Notes: generated by a model from the sequence alone, not told the origin. 63,973 nt of DNA, filler included, from Reticulomyxa filosa (GCA_000512085.1; 14 parts of 14 records of this genome joined end to end with filler, not necessarily neighbours in it); one strand, 5' to 3'; positions 37,940 to 52,134 are shown, counted from the whole stretch's first letter. Made by a program: numbers and translations.

Positions 37940-38953
37940 ATGAATTATCAAAATGATGGACGAGAGGCGATAATGCCATTTGCGCGCAATGAGTTCGTAC
38001 CGTTCAACAGTGGTCCGATGGAGTACGATGAGGAGACATTAGAGCCGAAAGCAAAACGAGCCCGCCGGGACAGGGCGAGCAAGATGAAGAAGGAGGAAGA
38101 AAGGAAGGAGGAAGAAAGGAAAGAGGAAGAAGAAAAGGGGACGATAGATGAGGAAAAGAAGAAGCACAGAGCAGTAGTGGAACAAGATAGAAGAAATAGT
38201 GAGGAAAAGTCGTCAACCTCGACGAAGAGCGTGTGGAAAAGGAAGGGAAGGAATGACGATTGGTTTGGGCAATTTAGGCAAAGCGCATGGAAGGCGTGCA
38301 ATTACAAGAAGGACTTGTCAGAGGAATACGACAAAAAAGCAAGAAAAAGTTAATTTTTTTTTTAATTTAAAAAAAAAAAAAAAAGATAGGAAGTGATTTG
38401 AGTTTTGACTTATATAATAATCTCATCAAAATTATTTTTTTTTTTGGAACAACGATGATACTGAACATATAAAAAAAAAAAAATGAAACATCAGAGTCCA
38501 AAGAGTACTTGCAATACCATTTTTGTTCGTCGTGTCACATGAAACCTTTGGTAGAAAACAGAGAGTATCCTTTGGTATCTGGCTACTTGTGGCCTTGCAT
38601 TTGTGTGGAGAAGAAGAAATGGGGAGGCATGGTCATGTTGGAGTCCAAATCTCAAGACAACCTCGCACTTATTCAAAGGCTCGAAAATCCTTCACTGAAA
38701 GACAACCCTCATTTTGACATGGTTGTTCAAGTGTTCCAAGCCGAGTCTACCCAACCTCTATCGTCTCAATCTCAATCTCTACCTCCACCTTCACTGCAGC
38801 CTCAGCTTCAATCTCAATTGTCTACTCCATTCATTAAACCTTCCCTTTCTTCTCCCACGTTGCCCTCCGCCCTCGTCTTTGAAGCTCGGATTCAGTGGAA
38901 GTCGCTGTCTGAAAAACTTTTTATCGCAACTTGCAACCGACAGTTTCGGAGTC
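37940..38953 (+). CDS. Hypothetical spliced protein with an Arg/Glu-rich N-terminus and a Cys/His cluster, 3' truncated
   Basis: ORFs 37925-38353 and 38509->38953 are separated by a homopolymer-rich GT-AG intron. Transcribed divergently from the CDPK gene. Confidence 0.45.
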
Positions 38954-39053
38954 NNNNNNNNNNNNNNNNNNNNNNNNNNNNNNNNNNNNNNNNNNNNTTA
39001 ATTAATTAANNNNNNNNNNNNNNNNNNNNNNNNNNNNNNNNNNNNNNNNNNNN

Positions 39054-39788
39054 AAAAAAAAAAAAAAAAAAATTGTTTTTTTTTTTTTTTTTTTTTTGCA
39101 AGGGTTTTGTTGTTTGTGTATTCGTATTGAAAACTTGTTCTGAAATTTCGTGAATGCCATAGGGTGTATAACTTTGGTCTATGTCATTGAATTTGTCTCG
39201 AAAGGGACTATAAATTTCGTGAAATTGCTTGAACAGTGTTTTTTTGCCACTCAACTCTGTTCCCACAATGAGAATATCACAGATACTTTGACTGTCCATT
39301 AAAATCTCGGTTCGCTTGACACTTTTGCTGCGCTTTATTGTGTGCTTTACCATCTGCTTGGTAGCCAAAGCCTCCAGCACAACGTTAAATGAAGGTTTCG
39401 GGAACTGTTCGTAAAGTGGCTTATTTTGGAATTTTAGATTGGATCTCAATATCGCCGATTGCTTACTGTGCAAAAAATATGGTACAAATTTTACAATCAA
39501 CTCGACTAAGTCGGTTGGATATTCTCTTAAATTTCGCATTGCTATTGACCTCTGCGGTCTCTTCTTCACTTTCTCATCTTTTCTCTTATTCTCTGGTTTC
39601 GTTATTTCTTCAGAGAATGAACAACGGCTCCAATACGCTATCACCTTATGGTATCGGCCACGTTTTTGTGTTTCAAACTCCTTTGCATCCGGCAAGTGTA
39701 CCCCAGTGAGTTGCTGTTGTGGCGTGGGGGCAATTTCAGGAGTAATTTGAGGATTTTGGTTTTCTGTGCCTTTGTTTATGTTACCCAT
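39054..39788 (-). CDS. Divergent G-protein alpha-like protein with a long N-terminal extension, 3' truncated
   Basis: N-terminal MG (possible myristoylation). 'ILIVGTELSGKKTLFKQFHEIY' aligns with the G-alpha G1 region 'LLLLGAGESGKSTI.KQM.IIH'. Confidence 0.55.
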
Positions 39789-40218
39789 TCGAGCTTCGTG
39801 GCCTTTCTTCTGAAAGAACTCCTAGTTTTAAACGCTGAAGTCCTTCTCTTAGCTTTGTGGGCTACAGCTTGTGTCCAAAACAAAATATTTGTTTAATTCT
39901 TTTAATGATCAACACTTAATTGGAGATTTTGAAGTGAAATAATAATGGCAACAGGAACGGGCTGCCTACTGGAACAAAAACGTTAAAAAGCTCAAAATGC
40001 ACATTTTACCATTTTTATGATGTACATATTTTTTATTAATAACTTTCATTTTGTGAAGGTACAGGCAGTAGAGATCATTTGCAGCATTTTATTTTGTTTG
40101 CAATTAAAGCTTCAATAAATGTAAAGATAGGAGAAAAAAAAATTCAATGGTAATATTTTGATCTGTGCTTAATTATTAGATCAAATTAATGAACTGATAA
40201 ACAGCATAAAAAGACCAG

Positions 40219-41093
40219 TCAAGAACGTGGCACACAAAAGGAAAGTCTTGTGGGTTTACGAGCATGCTTCCATGTCAATGGAGCATTATATTTTCTAATC
40301 CATTCATCTACTTGTTTGCGCATTTCGTCTTGGACATTTCCGGTGCTCGAGTTGCTATTGTTATTAATTATGACATCAGCATACCTTTGCTTCAAATCGA
40401 TCGAGATTTGTTTGGTGATTTTCAGCATCGCTTGCTCACTAGTGATTTTGTCTCGTTGGCAAAGTCGCTGCAATTGTGTCTTCTTGTCACACCAAACCAA
40501 CACAACTTCGTCGCATAAATAGTATAAAAAATTGCTATAGCGACTTTCAATTAGCAACGGTATATCCAATATACATACTTTACACTGAATAAACAAGTAT
40601 TGATTCAATAGTTCCATCATCAAATCTTGTAATATTGGCCAACGCACAATCTATTTATTATTATTTTTTTTTGGAAACTCAACTTTATATTCGAAAGAGT
40701 GAAACGTACATACATCTTCAAAAAAGAAAAAACACATACCCGTTCTAGTTTTCTCAACTTTGAGACATCTTTCCACACTATTTCACCTAATTTCTGACGG
40801 TCAATTGTCCAATCTTTGTGTAGTATCTCATCCCCAAACTCAGCCCGTATTTTAGTCCATGCTTTTCGACCGCAAGCATAACAGTGGTGAGTGATTTCGT
40901 CCAAATCAACTATACTTCGATGATGTTTGCTTTTGAGATAGTTACTGCAGGTGCTTTTGCCAGTTGCTATACCTCCAGTCAATCCTATCAATGTTAACCC
41001 AATATATTTGCGCAAAACTGTGGAAATACACCAAATGATGAATAAAAAACAAACACTATTCCACAAAATTAGTAACAAAAATCTAAAAGGCAT
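40219..41093 (-). CDS. coaE: Dephospho-CoA kinase (DCAKD/Cab5-like), 2 exons
   Basis: 'LIGLTGGIATGKST', 'IDRQKLGEIVW', 'LDIPLLIE', 'QLQRLCQRD', 'ADVIINN'. Intron 40739-40651. N-terminal hydrophobic helix. A probable frameshift hides a C-terminal TM helix. Confidence 0.88.
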
Positions 41094-41283
41094 TTCTACA
41101 CCGTGTTCCACAAGCAAATTATTTTTTGTTTTTGAAACCCAATATTTTCAAACTTTGGAAGATTCTTCAAGCAGCTCTTTTTTATGCACAATATCTAAAG
41201 AAACTGATATAAGAAACCCAGGCGTCCAATGTAGAATTAAAACACAGGAGTATAAGAAATAAAAATTTGCTATTTGCATCGTA

Positions 41284-44200
41284 TTAGCAGCTAAAAAGCG
41301 ATGTACGGATAAATAAAATAAACTTTGAAGAGCTAAGAAAAATAGTGACACCTTTTAGTTTTTGAAAACGTTTTGATTGTTTGCTGGTGTGAGTAGACGA
41401 TCCCAAAAAAATTTGGCGGGTGATGGCAAAGAAAACATGAATGCCTTTTCTCAATATATTTGTACATCTTTTGAAACTCAGATTATTTTCATTTTTCCAA
41501 AAGCAAAAGCAAGAATGTACTTGCATGTATGCACAATTAATCCCATCACACATCCATCCTTCGCAGTTATTTAATGTTAACACATACCTCCTTTTTGCGA
41601 AATGCGTACTAAAACAAACAAAAAAAAGAACCCTATTAACCGCCTTCTCCTTCTCCTTCGCCTCCTTCACCTCCTTCTCCTCTGTTTCCCTCGCCTTCCT
41701 CTTTTTTGGCAATCGGAATTGCATCAAGGAGCTGAGGCGCATAGTGATTTGGCATGATATTGACTTCGTTGTTTTGAACCTTGGCTTGTTCGTTATCGTC
41801 TTTTTTGTTGTCTGCAGCACCTTTCATTTCATATTGTTCGACTTCAGGTGCCTTCTTTTCCTCTTCTTTGTTTTGTGCCTTTGGAACAACGACATCCTCG
41901 TTATTTTTGTCAAAGATAATTTCAAGCATTTCATTGGCTCGTTTTGGATATTTGACTTCATAAGGTTTTTTTTCCAAAAGAAGTCTTTTCTTTTTTCCGT
42001 TGTTTTCACTTTGTTTTTCTTCATAAAATGAGTCTTCTTTTTTTTCCTCGTCCATGCTTTGCTTTAGTTGTCGTTCCCTTCGTTGTTTGTGTTTAGCTTC
42101 TTTTTCCATTTGTTCTTCAAATTTTCGCAACAGCAACTCCTCTACGGTTTTGTGCAAGTGATAATTCAACACCGCGTATCCACTCAAGTCTCTCAATGCT
42201 AAATCCGGTTCACACGCCAATAATACTTGAATGCATTCTATTTGTGCAGCTGATGGAGGCCCTGGAGTTTTTTGTGCGTGGTCTTCCCAATTCACCGTCT
42301 GTGCAGCCATCGCTATGGGTGTTTTGCCTTCCTGTGGAATTGCGAAATTGTGCATGCAAAAAAACAAAACAAAAAAAGATACGTTATTTTTAATTTGTGA
42401 AGTTGACGATTATTTATTTTTATTTTTTTGCGATTTTTCTTTTTTTTTTTTAAAAAAAAGAACCAAAAAAAAAAAAGTAATACTCAACCACATCATCTCG
42501 AGCATTAAAATCGGCACCTAATTGAATCATTAATTTTACCAGGTTTGTATGGTGTAGTCTGGCGGCGTGAACTAACACATGATTGCCATACTCCTTTGTG
42601 GGGATGCCAATATCGATCTTTTCTTTCAACAACAAGTTGACAATTTGAACGTGTTGCTCCAACGCAGCCACATGGAATGCGTTCATATCATTCTAGAGTT
42701 GAAATATGATCATGTTGTTTCCAACCAAATCAAACTGTGAAAACAAAGAAGCAAGCAAACAAAAAAACTAAACGTCATTGACCAACTGGATATCGATTTT
42801 GTATTTGTACACCAACAGCCGAACCAATTCATAGTATCCATTGCGAGCACATTTGTGTAGACAAGTTTCATTGATGTGGTCTCTAGCATTTACATTTTGG
42901 ATTCGAGCACGAAGTAACAACTCAGCCATGCGTCGCATTGCAGCGCATTTGAGTAACAAATCCGACTTGTCTGGGTCGCGTTCTGCTTCTTCTTTTGTCG
43001 GTGGCTTTTGAGCCAAGCAAAAGTTCAAAGGCCCTCCAAAGTATTTGCGCTCTTTCACAAACTCGATCACCTCTCGAATTTCGTTATCGGTTATTTCCAC
43101 TTTTATATTTTCCAACAACACTTTTGCAATATCGAAGCTCTTTTCTGTGTCCGCAATCATTGCTATGCCGACACAGGAATAGTGATCCTTTTATATTGAA
43201 GGTGTATTTTTTAATAAATAAATAAAAAAAAAAAATTAAAATTCAAGATTATCTCATTTCTACTCCTCCTATGCTGTTGTCATTGTGGTTGATATGTTTT
43301 GACAAACATAACTCCCATGCAAGCGGTTGGCTGCGCTCCAGCCGCCATCAGCTTGAGGCACATTTCCAAATTGCCAGCGTAGGCCGCTTTATGCAATGGC
43401 GTCCATCCATACTGTAGCAATCATATACAACAACAACAACAACAAGAGCGAGATTAAAGATGGAAAGACACAAAATAACAATTACATGTGTATATACACG
43501 TATATATGTATATGCATCATATGCGAATTACTTTATTTGCCACATTAATATTCGCGTGGTGTGTAAGTAATATGTCGACCACATCAAGACTTCCATTTCT
43601 TGCGGCCTTGTGCAAAGGCGTGTCTCCCCAGACGTCGGGTTTGTTGACATTGACTCTGCGATACAACAGTTTATGCAGCACTTCCAGTTTGGATGCCTCA
43701 ACGGTCAAAATAAGCACGGTTGGTTCGGTGCCTCCTCGATCACTGCGGTCCAACTCCTCGGCCGAGTATTGAGGGATTAGTTCTTCCAGCATTTTCCATT
43801 TTTTATCTTTTGCCAAGAGCAAGGGATTGCGATGGATCGACTTGTTGTGATCAAACATTTTCAAGGCACGCATAACAAAGAATGTCACTATGGTCAAGAA
43901 GCAGCAGCAATGGGCTGTCAGCCACAAGGCACCATATGTGGAAGAAATTGGCAAGTTCTTTTTTATCACAACAATAAAAACGGTTAACATAGGAAAAATC
44001 ACGTACAAGAAATGGTTATGTTATATACACACATATATGTACATAATATTACGAAACTGATATCTGGGATTTCCATATAAAGATAACCCACAACAAAATT
44101 TCCTCTTCAACAAATCGCCCACAGAAAAAATCGAAAAGCATTTGCTCATCGGGATGCACAATGGAAAACTTGTTGTCGACCAAAGCGACCAGAGTGTGAC

Positions 44201-45861
44201 ATTGCACAAATCTGGCCAATGGGAAAAACACTTTGATGGTCCATCGTCCAATCCATTCGTCCAAGGCGCGGATGCGTGAGATCAGTCCCAAATCCGGCAC
44301 AGTGACAATGTAAAACAAGATATTCCAAATGTCCTTTCCGAACATGTCTGCTTTGAAGAAAGCCGCGTTGCCGAGGATGCACAACGGTACGTATACGACG
44401 ATGGCGGCCCAGTGGATTTCCAATGGCAACAGCACCAACACAAGCAATCGACTGCCCAGCTCCATGGCCCGAAAGAAGACACGCAGCAGCCAGTACAAGT
44501 TGAATCGCGACGCCCAATGCTGGAACACCTCTTGGTCATAGATGGTGTTGCGAATTAAAAACACCAACCCGTGTGAAATGAAACACAAGGCAGGCACAAC
44601 GGACGAGCGAAAATCCGTCACATGCAAGAAGTAATACAACAGCAAGACTGCCACTGGTCCCGCTTCCATTGTGTATTTAAGCTTAATGGCACCACCATCA
44701 CCCCACCAATTCAAACTTGTATTGTTATTCTAGGTATAAAAAAAAAAAATTAAAAAAATAAAAAAAAGTTAACTTTGAAAATGTCGTAAAAAAACTCGGT
44801 TGGCTGACCATGCAAAATACCTTCGTACAACTCCACGAATACGCGGACGTCGAACAATTGCTGAAGAAACACCCATTGGACAATTTTTTCTTCCCCGTAC
44901 AGGAGCACCTTTTTGTTTGTCAACGAGAGAATCGTTTCCGCGTATTGCCGTGCCAATGTGGCTGCAGAAAGAAAGTGGTAGATGCCAACATAGGTTATCA
45001 ATAGCCAGCAAATCACTTCCATTCCCTTTGGAGAAAGGCCGTCTGGAGTCCATTTGCGAGGTCCATATACTGCCAACAGCCAACCGACCATAACCGCTTT
45101 TTTTTTTTTTTTTTTTTTGTTACAAAATAACACATTTTGAATAAATTACAATAACAACAAATATATATTGCACATATATGTATATATTACCATAGGTCAA
45201 AGCGTTGACACAAATATGCAAGATCGCCAATGCAATGCCATTTTTAAACAAAGAAACGGTTTCCTTTCCTCGCTTCCAATGTTCGCGAGAGAACATGTTG
45301 AAGGGCTGCAGAGTGGAATCCATGATCAAGGCTTCCGTGCTTGAAGCGAACCACGAACTGCCTGTCTTTGACAACTTCTCTTTCGTTTTGTCCTCTGCTT
45401 TCAACGTCACCATCTCTGTGGCTTTCCCGTCATTATCACTACTGTTTGCTCCGGAGGCCGCATTATTTTCCTCGGGGAGCTTTATTTCTGTCTTCCTTAT
45501 CTCGAGCCACTGGTGGCCATTTGCAAATGAACATTCACACAACGTCCCCACAGACCCATACACGTTAGGAGAAAGAGAGAGAGAGAAGAAGAAGAAGAAG
45601 AAGAACAAGAAGAAGAAGAGAAGGAGAAAAAAAAAAAAAATGTAACATTTCAATCTTTTTTTTTTTTTTTCCTTCAAAGTTTTCGTAAACACACATTGTA
45701 CTGCTTAACTAAGCGCTTTTCTTTTTTCTTGGCTTCTCTTTCTTCTCTTTTTCTTTTCTTTTCTTGTCGCTTTGCTTCTTTCAATTCTCGCAATTTCTTT
45801 TGCTCTTCGTCATTTTCGTCCCATTCCTCGGAGGTGTCCATTCCACTCGACTCCTTTTCGT
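41284..45861 (-). CDS. XK-related multi-pass membrane protein fused to ankyrin repeats, multi-exon, 5' truncated, 3' end approximate
   Basis: XK-like 'MEAGPVAVLLLYY' and 'FFRAMELGSRLLVLVLL'. ORF 43517-44008 runs from the last TM helices directly into ankyrin repeats ('GDTPLHKAARNGSLDVVDILL', later 'ETCLHKCARNG', 'NAFHVAA', 'GKTPIAMA'). Confidence 0.65.
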
Positions 45862-45961
45862 NNNNNNNNNNNNNNNNNNNNNNNNNNNNNNNNNNNNNNN
45901 NNNNNTTAATTAATTAANNNNNNNNNNNNNNNNNNNNNNNNNNNNNNNNNNNNNNNNNNNN

Positions 45962-48600
45962 TTCGACTGGTGTAGCAACAACACGCTTTGCAATATAGAT
46001 TGAATATCAATGATAATAATGATGATACAAGCGAAAGCGTCTGTGGCGGCAACCAATACAGTAAGCGAAGAAGAAGAAAGAGGAGATACATTGACACAAT
46101 TGCGATCTTAAGATTAAACATAATATCAACGCTATCTCAAGTGCGCATGATGAAATCGCGACGATTGGAATGCAGCATTCATGGACTTGCTCTATTCACA
46201 TTTAATACAATGGTTTGATCATTGCATAATGTGTTGAGTTGTCGCTTTGTCTCTGGACATAAATGAACGCAAGGGAAACGGCATTGCTTCGACGCGGAAT
46301 AGTGGGTCGAGTTCATATTTATAATGACAGGGCTGTTCACGTATTTGGTAAAGCAGAGTGGCTCTTGAAAACGCAAGTATTACTACAAGGACGAGATATA
46401 GTATTGAGATTTTGTGCATTGTGAGAAAGACGACTATTACTTTATTGATTCGGATGTCACCTTGGAAAGATCCACCAAATTTGTGTTGATCCACGTGTAA
46501 ATGATAATCCCAATATTGCAGATACACCGATATTGTTTCACAAACCAATCTCTTCATGTGTCAATACTATTCACTGTTGTTGATGCTATTTGTCATTAAA
46601 GGGTCACTATATTATTATTTTTTGGATATCGTTTACACGACAAATTTTCTTTTTGTTTTGTGACGCTTCCTCTCTCACCAAGACAGCAGTATTTGCCTTC
46701 AGAGTGTCTTCTTCTTCACTTGCAGTTCCATTATCTCCACTTCTTGTTGACTTAGCATATTTTAGTTATTGTAAAAACAAACAACAAATTAATTCAAATA
46801 GTTTAGAGAAAGACAAAAATAATCAATGCTTTGTTAACTTCAATCTTCTTTTAAAAAGTATTCAAATAAATGCGGCTAATCATTTCCTACCAATTTCACT
46901 TGGTTGGCAGTATACTACAATTCAATATTTTCCACCAAATCAACATCAATTGTATCTTGGAAATATTTCGATGCATCTTTGGTTTGTCGACATCTGGGGG
47001 TGAGGGCCACAAGTAGTATAACCATAAATACATGTAAATGATGACTACTGATATTTGGTTGATTATATGCATTGTTGAGTTGGAGTTTATCGAATGAAAA
47101 TAGTGCATACTGATTTGAGTGTTGTTATGTAATTGCAAGCACATAACAATCCATTTCGTTTCCATAAATATCATCATAACCACTTATAGTCTTGGTAAAA
47201 CATATGTCAATACCTTTCAGGGATTTGTTGTGTTTACCCTCTTCACTCACATTATCTCCTTTCTTCTATCGATAATTTACATCTCTTGAACGATCCATCG
47301 CCGCTTGTTATATTATTGACATGGCTAATGTGTCACTAATACTATTGGTATACCTTTTTTGGGTCTTTTTCTCCTCTTTCCTTAATATGCTCTTTTTCTT
47401 TTTCTTCTTCTTGTCCTTGTTCTTGTCTTCCTCTTTCTCTTTCTTTCATTACAAACCTAAAGTACATCATTCTACAATGAAAAGGTCAATGTTCACATTG
47501 TTTTGATTAAGACATACTACAACAATTCAAAATATGATAAAAACAATATATACCTTCAAATATAGCACATCATCTCTATCACCATCGGTATTCACTCGTA
47601 ATATGGGTTGCATTTTGATCGGTGATTTAATTGTTGATTGCTTCTCGTATGCCAATTGGTAATTTGTGGAACAGATTTCAAGACTGTTGAGCGCGATCCT
47701 GATTTTTTTGTTTTCTGTACATTGCCAAATGCACTTGTATTCATTTCCAGCGGAATGACGACACTAATAAATTGGAGGCCGTGATAATAAGTCGATTAGC
47801 TATATTCGATTTGATTGCTAGTGCCATCACAATTTAAAGAGGCAAGAAGTGGCAATTATTTGAGGGACCCATGTGGCTCATAAATAGTGCCGATATCATC
47901 TGCTGCCAATGATAAGACGTCACATACTTTCCATTCAATCATGACATGGTCAGCAATGGAATTTTATACATGAAAACTCTGCTCAGGACAAGATATTCAT
48001 AATCTCTAACGGTTTAACCTTTTTTGTTGTTTGAAATCTATATATATACAGAAATAGCACATCAATTGGAGACAATTGAAAAAAGAGGATGTGAATCAAG
48101 GGCAAGTGGTTACCTTCAACTGGTTGGCCTTTCCATTATGACAGTGTTTCCTTTGATGACGATATTGAAAATGAAGGATTTGATCTTCATTGTTTTGATA
48201 TCATATCTTAGAGTCAACTTCAACTTGTAAAATGAAATGTTAATTGCGTTGAATATTTCTTCAAGTTCACACCAACATATGTTCAACAGCGAAAATGATG
48301 AGATTTTATCAATGGAAATGATATTGCGACTATTGTCACTTGGATTGTTTTTTTTGATCAAACAATGCTTTCAAGAATAGCTTTAGTTGATTAGAATTTT
48401 ATATATTGTAAGAAGCATATTATTGATAAATTGTATTGTACAATCGAATATCTTGCCTTGCTTAGTTCTTGCAAATGATCCACTTTGTATATTCACCAAT
48501 CCAATAATATAAATAAATAAATGATTGAATTGCCTTTGATTGATCCAATACCAACTTCTATAATGTTATAGTATATTTTTAGATTGGTTTTTTTAATAAA
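45962..48600. pseudogene. Degenerate coding-like remnants, unassigned
   Basis: Complex, non-homopolymeric sequence with short stop-interrupted ORFs (e.g. 46219-46557 minus). No recognisable motif. Confidence 0.3.
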
Positions 48601-49541
48601 CACAAATAAAAAAAAAAATACTTAACTTTGTGTTATCCTAACATAGGATATCCAACAATTAAAAAAAATAATAATTTCTAATTAATCTTTTTTACAATTT
48701 TTATTTTTATTTTTTATTTCATTTTTATTTTCTTTATTATTTTTCATTATAAAAATATTCTTTTTTAAATTTTTCACTACATTTTTTCTTTTCTTCTTTT
48801 CTTTTTTCTATTATTTCTATTTTTTTTTCTATATATCTTTTTCTTTTTTATTATCCTCTTTTTTTTTCTTCCACCTTCACTTTCTCCTTTTTTTATTTAT
48901 TCTATTTTCTTTTTATTATTACATTTTTTTTCACCCACAACCACCCCTCCCCTTCCCCCACTTATTTTTTTTTTCACAACCAATTCAAAGAAAATATGAA
49001 TCTTGGTGTATCTATATTATACACAAAACAAAGTTTATTCACAATATTGTTAAGAACAAAAAAAAATATATTTTAACTTTGAGAACGGGATCCAATCAAA
49101 TTTAATTTCAATTTTCTTTTTCATGTGATAACACTGCAAACCTTTTTGTTTATTTTTGGGGATTTGTGGAAAAAAAATAAAGATAAAAACATATACGTGT
49201 TTTTTTCTTTGAGGGGGAATTCCTATTTTTTCACAAACACAAACAACCACATTATATAATAAAAGAACATATAAAAACATAAATATAAACATACACATAC
49301 TCTTTTTACTCCTTTCGGAGACTGGGTAGATTTCGACCCCGATTTTATTTTTTATTTTTTTGTGTGTTGATGGGACCATTGTTGTACAATTTTTGCTGGA
49401 CGAGGGAACCTATAAACAAAACACACAACATTTGGACATATATAAAAAAAAGATATAAATAAAACAAACCTTTTTTCATCCTTTCGGAGACGGGGTGGTT
49501 TCTTCCCCGTATTTTCTTTTTTTTTCATCACAGTGGAGGTT

Positions 49542-50830
49542 CTATTGAGACAATAGCACATATATACTTATATGTTGAACATAAAAGAAAGGAAAAAATT
49601 TTACCTTATGGTGCACAGTTTTGCAATGCAACGCTCGTATTGCACAACCACAACAACAAGTAGTGCAGTCATCCAAGTTATTCAATAATTTGTGCACTTT
49701 GTTCCGTTTCAAGCTCCACACGTATACTATAAGCAATCCACAACCAAAAGATAATGTCTGTAATGAAGAAACAATAATAAAAAAAGATAACTTAGCAACA
49801 TGATATGGCCGACGTGTAGATTTGCTGTCACTGGAATTGTTTGTTATTTGTGATGGAACATTCAAAGTATTGTTGCCAGTGAAGGATCTGCAATGTATAT
49901 TTGCGGGTGTTCGTGTCGGAGCTGGGACAAATTGTGGGGGCAATCGAGTCTGTTGGTGTCCATTGACATGCAGATGTTGACGGCTAAGTGCCATTGGATG
50001 CCATGTATTGGAGAAAGCAGCGCCCCTTTGCACAAATAGAGAGTAGACATCACGGCCGACTTTCAATAAAATTACTCATCGGTTGCGTTATGTCCATATC
50101 TCTAATTTGCGCCAGCAGCGCTTCTATCGCCTTAATGGCATAGAATGAGCAATTGGACACTAGCGCGGACTTTTCGTCACAACTTGTGCCGCAGTTGCAG
50201 CTGGTCGAACAATGTGACCAAATCTCCATCGCCATTTGTCCATATTTTACTTAGCACGACACCATACCATTGCAATCTGTGTTATCGTATGATACAAACA
50301 ATTTTTTTGTTTGTTTTTAAAAAAAAGGACGAAAAAATAACTTAACATTGCAGACTTGGCAAACACTTGCGACATATCCGGCGAGTTGTGTACGTCAATG
50401 ATAAGGCCATTCGCAAACGTACTATTTTTTTTTTGAAACATTTTTTTTAAAGCCAATAAATCATATATGTAATCCCTTCTCACACTTACTATCTCTTGCC
50501 ATACAATTTTTTTTTAATGAACATTTTTTTTTCCATTTGATCTTTCTATTACCTGTATGACAGTTGTTTAAATGTCAATTTGTAAAAAGTCGTAGATACA
50601 GTCGAAGTTGATATGAACGTACTCACGACCGGCGTTTTGTTATGTGAACTCTTAGATTTCTTTGGATCGATCGGCAGCATGTTTTGTGAGATACGTATAC
50701 TTTCGCTCTTGAATTGTATTGACTCCTTATTGAACATTTGCACCAATGATACAGCTGTAAAGCTGTTGACTTGTGGATATTGTGCAAGTCTCCATGTTAT
50801 CAATTTCGCACATAGTTGATTAACGTATTC
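49542..50830 (-). CDS. Hypothetical multi-exon gene fragment
   Basis: Chain of minus-strand ORFs separated by T/A-run introns. Family not recognised. Confidence 0.35.
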
Positions 50831-50930
50831 NNNNNNNNNNNNNNNNNNNNNNNNNNNNNNNNNNNNNNNNNNNNTTAATTAATTAANNNNNNNNNNNNNN
50901 NNNNNNNNNNNNNNNNNNNNNNNNNNNNNN

Positions 50931-50973
<43 letters not shown>

Positions 50974-51043
50974 CATTTATTATTATTATTTATTATTATA
51001 TTTTTTTTTACAAAAAAAAAAAAAAAATAACAACAATGTACAG

Positions 51044-51571
51044 CTAATAAATATGAGCTGTCTATGGTTCTCATTTACGTTTGGTGGGACATACTTTCGT
51101 CGTATAATGTGCGGTGAAAGACTATTGGGATGCTGGTTTCCTTTAGTCAAAACCGCGGCGTTGACGTGGACGTGTTGTCGAATTCGCCATTCTTTCAAAC
51201 ATGACAGCTCCAATCCGACCATGTCCACTCCAAATCAATCCCCGCGACGATTGCCAGGCCGAAAGCAACCACTCCCCACCGCTTCCAATCACACCACCAA
51301 GTGCTTTTGCGGCTGCGGCTGCAATTGCTTTTGCTGTGGTTCTCAAGCCATTCGCGATGAACAATGGCTCATCTATTCCATGGCCAAACAGGAATACAGC
51401 TTGCATTTTAAAACGCAGGAACAACCACGTGGCAAGAAACAGCTACCTATTGCTACACACAGAGCAATCAGTGCCAGTCAAACTCCTGACACTCCTGACG
51501 AACCTCACACACATAACAACACTTCCAATGATAAAGTACAAATCGATGTGGATACAAATACCACTCAATAA
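51044..51571 (+). CDS. Terminal exon of a membrane protein, possibly the TM7/helix 8 and Cys-rich tail of a 7TM receptor
   Basis: A-rich acceptor CAG at 51041-51043, then 'LINMSCLWFSFTFGGTYFRRIMC' and 'KCFCGCGCNCFCCG'. Upstream exons are missing. Confidence 0.35.
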   Translation, partial: LINMSCLWFSFTFGGTYFRRIMCGERLLGCWFPLVKTAALTWTCCRIRHSFKHDSSNPTMSTPNQSPRRLPGRKQPLPTASNHTTKCFCGCGCNCFCCGSQAIRDEQWLIYSMAKQEYSLHFKTQEQPRGKKQLPIATHRAISASQTPDTPDEPHTHNNTSNDKVQIDVDTNTTQ

Positions 51572-52134
51572 CATTCCAAAACATTATATACTTTCTTTCT
51601 TCTTCTTCTTTTTTCTCTTTATGTTCATGGTTATACACGGCCTCATTCACTTTTGTTAGCTTAAGATGTGCAAGTTTGGTTGTTTTTTTTTCCCTCGTTC
51701 TTTTTTTTTCTTTGTCCCCCCCCCCCTCTTCTGGCGGGTGTTTTAATAAATCTTTGTTATAAATCTCACTTGTCAATAAACGATAGATTGGACCCTTTTT
51801 ATCCCTTCTTTTCTCATTCGTGAACATTTGAAAAAAAAAATTTCTTCAATTCCGAAATTTTTTACGAATTAAACTGAACCAATCACGAGTGGATTGCTTC
51901 GAATGTGACTATCTTAAACAATATAAAAGATTTTTTGAAAGGGATTGAAAAAAATAGCTCACTATACTGAACTCCTTCTTACCACTCTCTTTAATGTCCT
52001 CCTGCGTTTTTTTCTCGTTACAAAACAAAAAAAATAATAGGAACTTCATAAACTTCCTTTAAATTACACGGTAACTGTTGCAAACTGCCTTTGAGAAGGA
52101 TAATCAAACAAAAAAAAACTCTCGGAAAAAAAAG

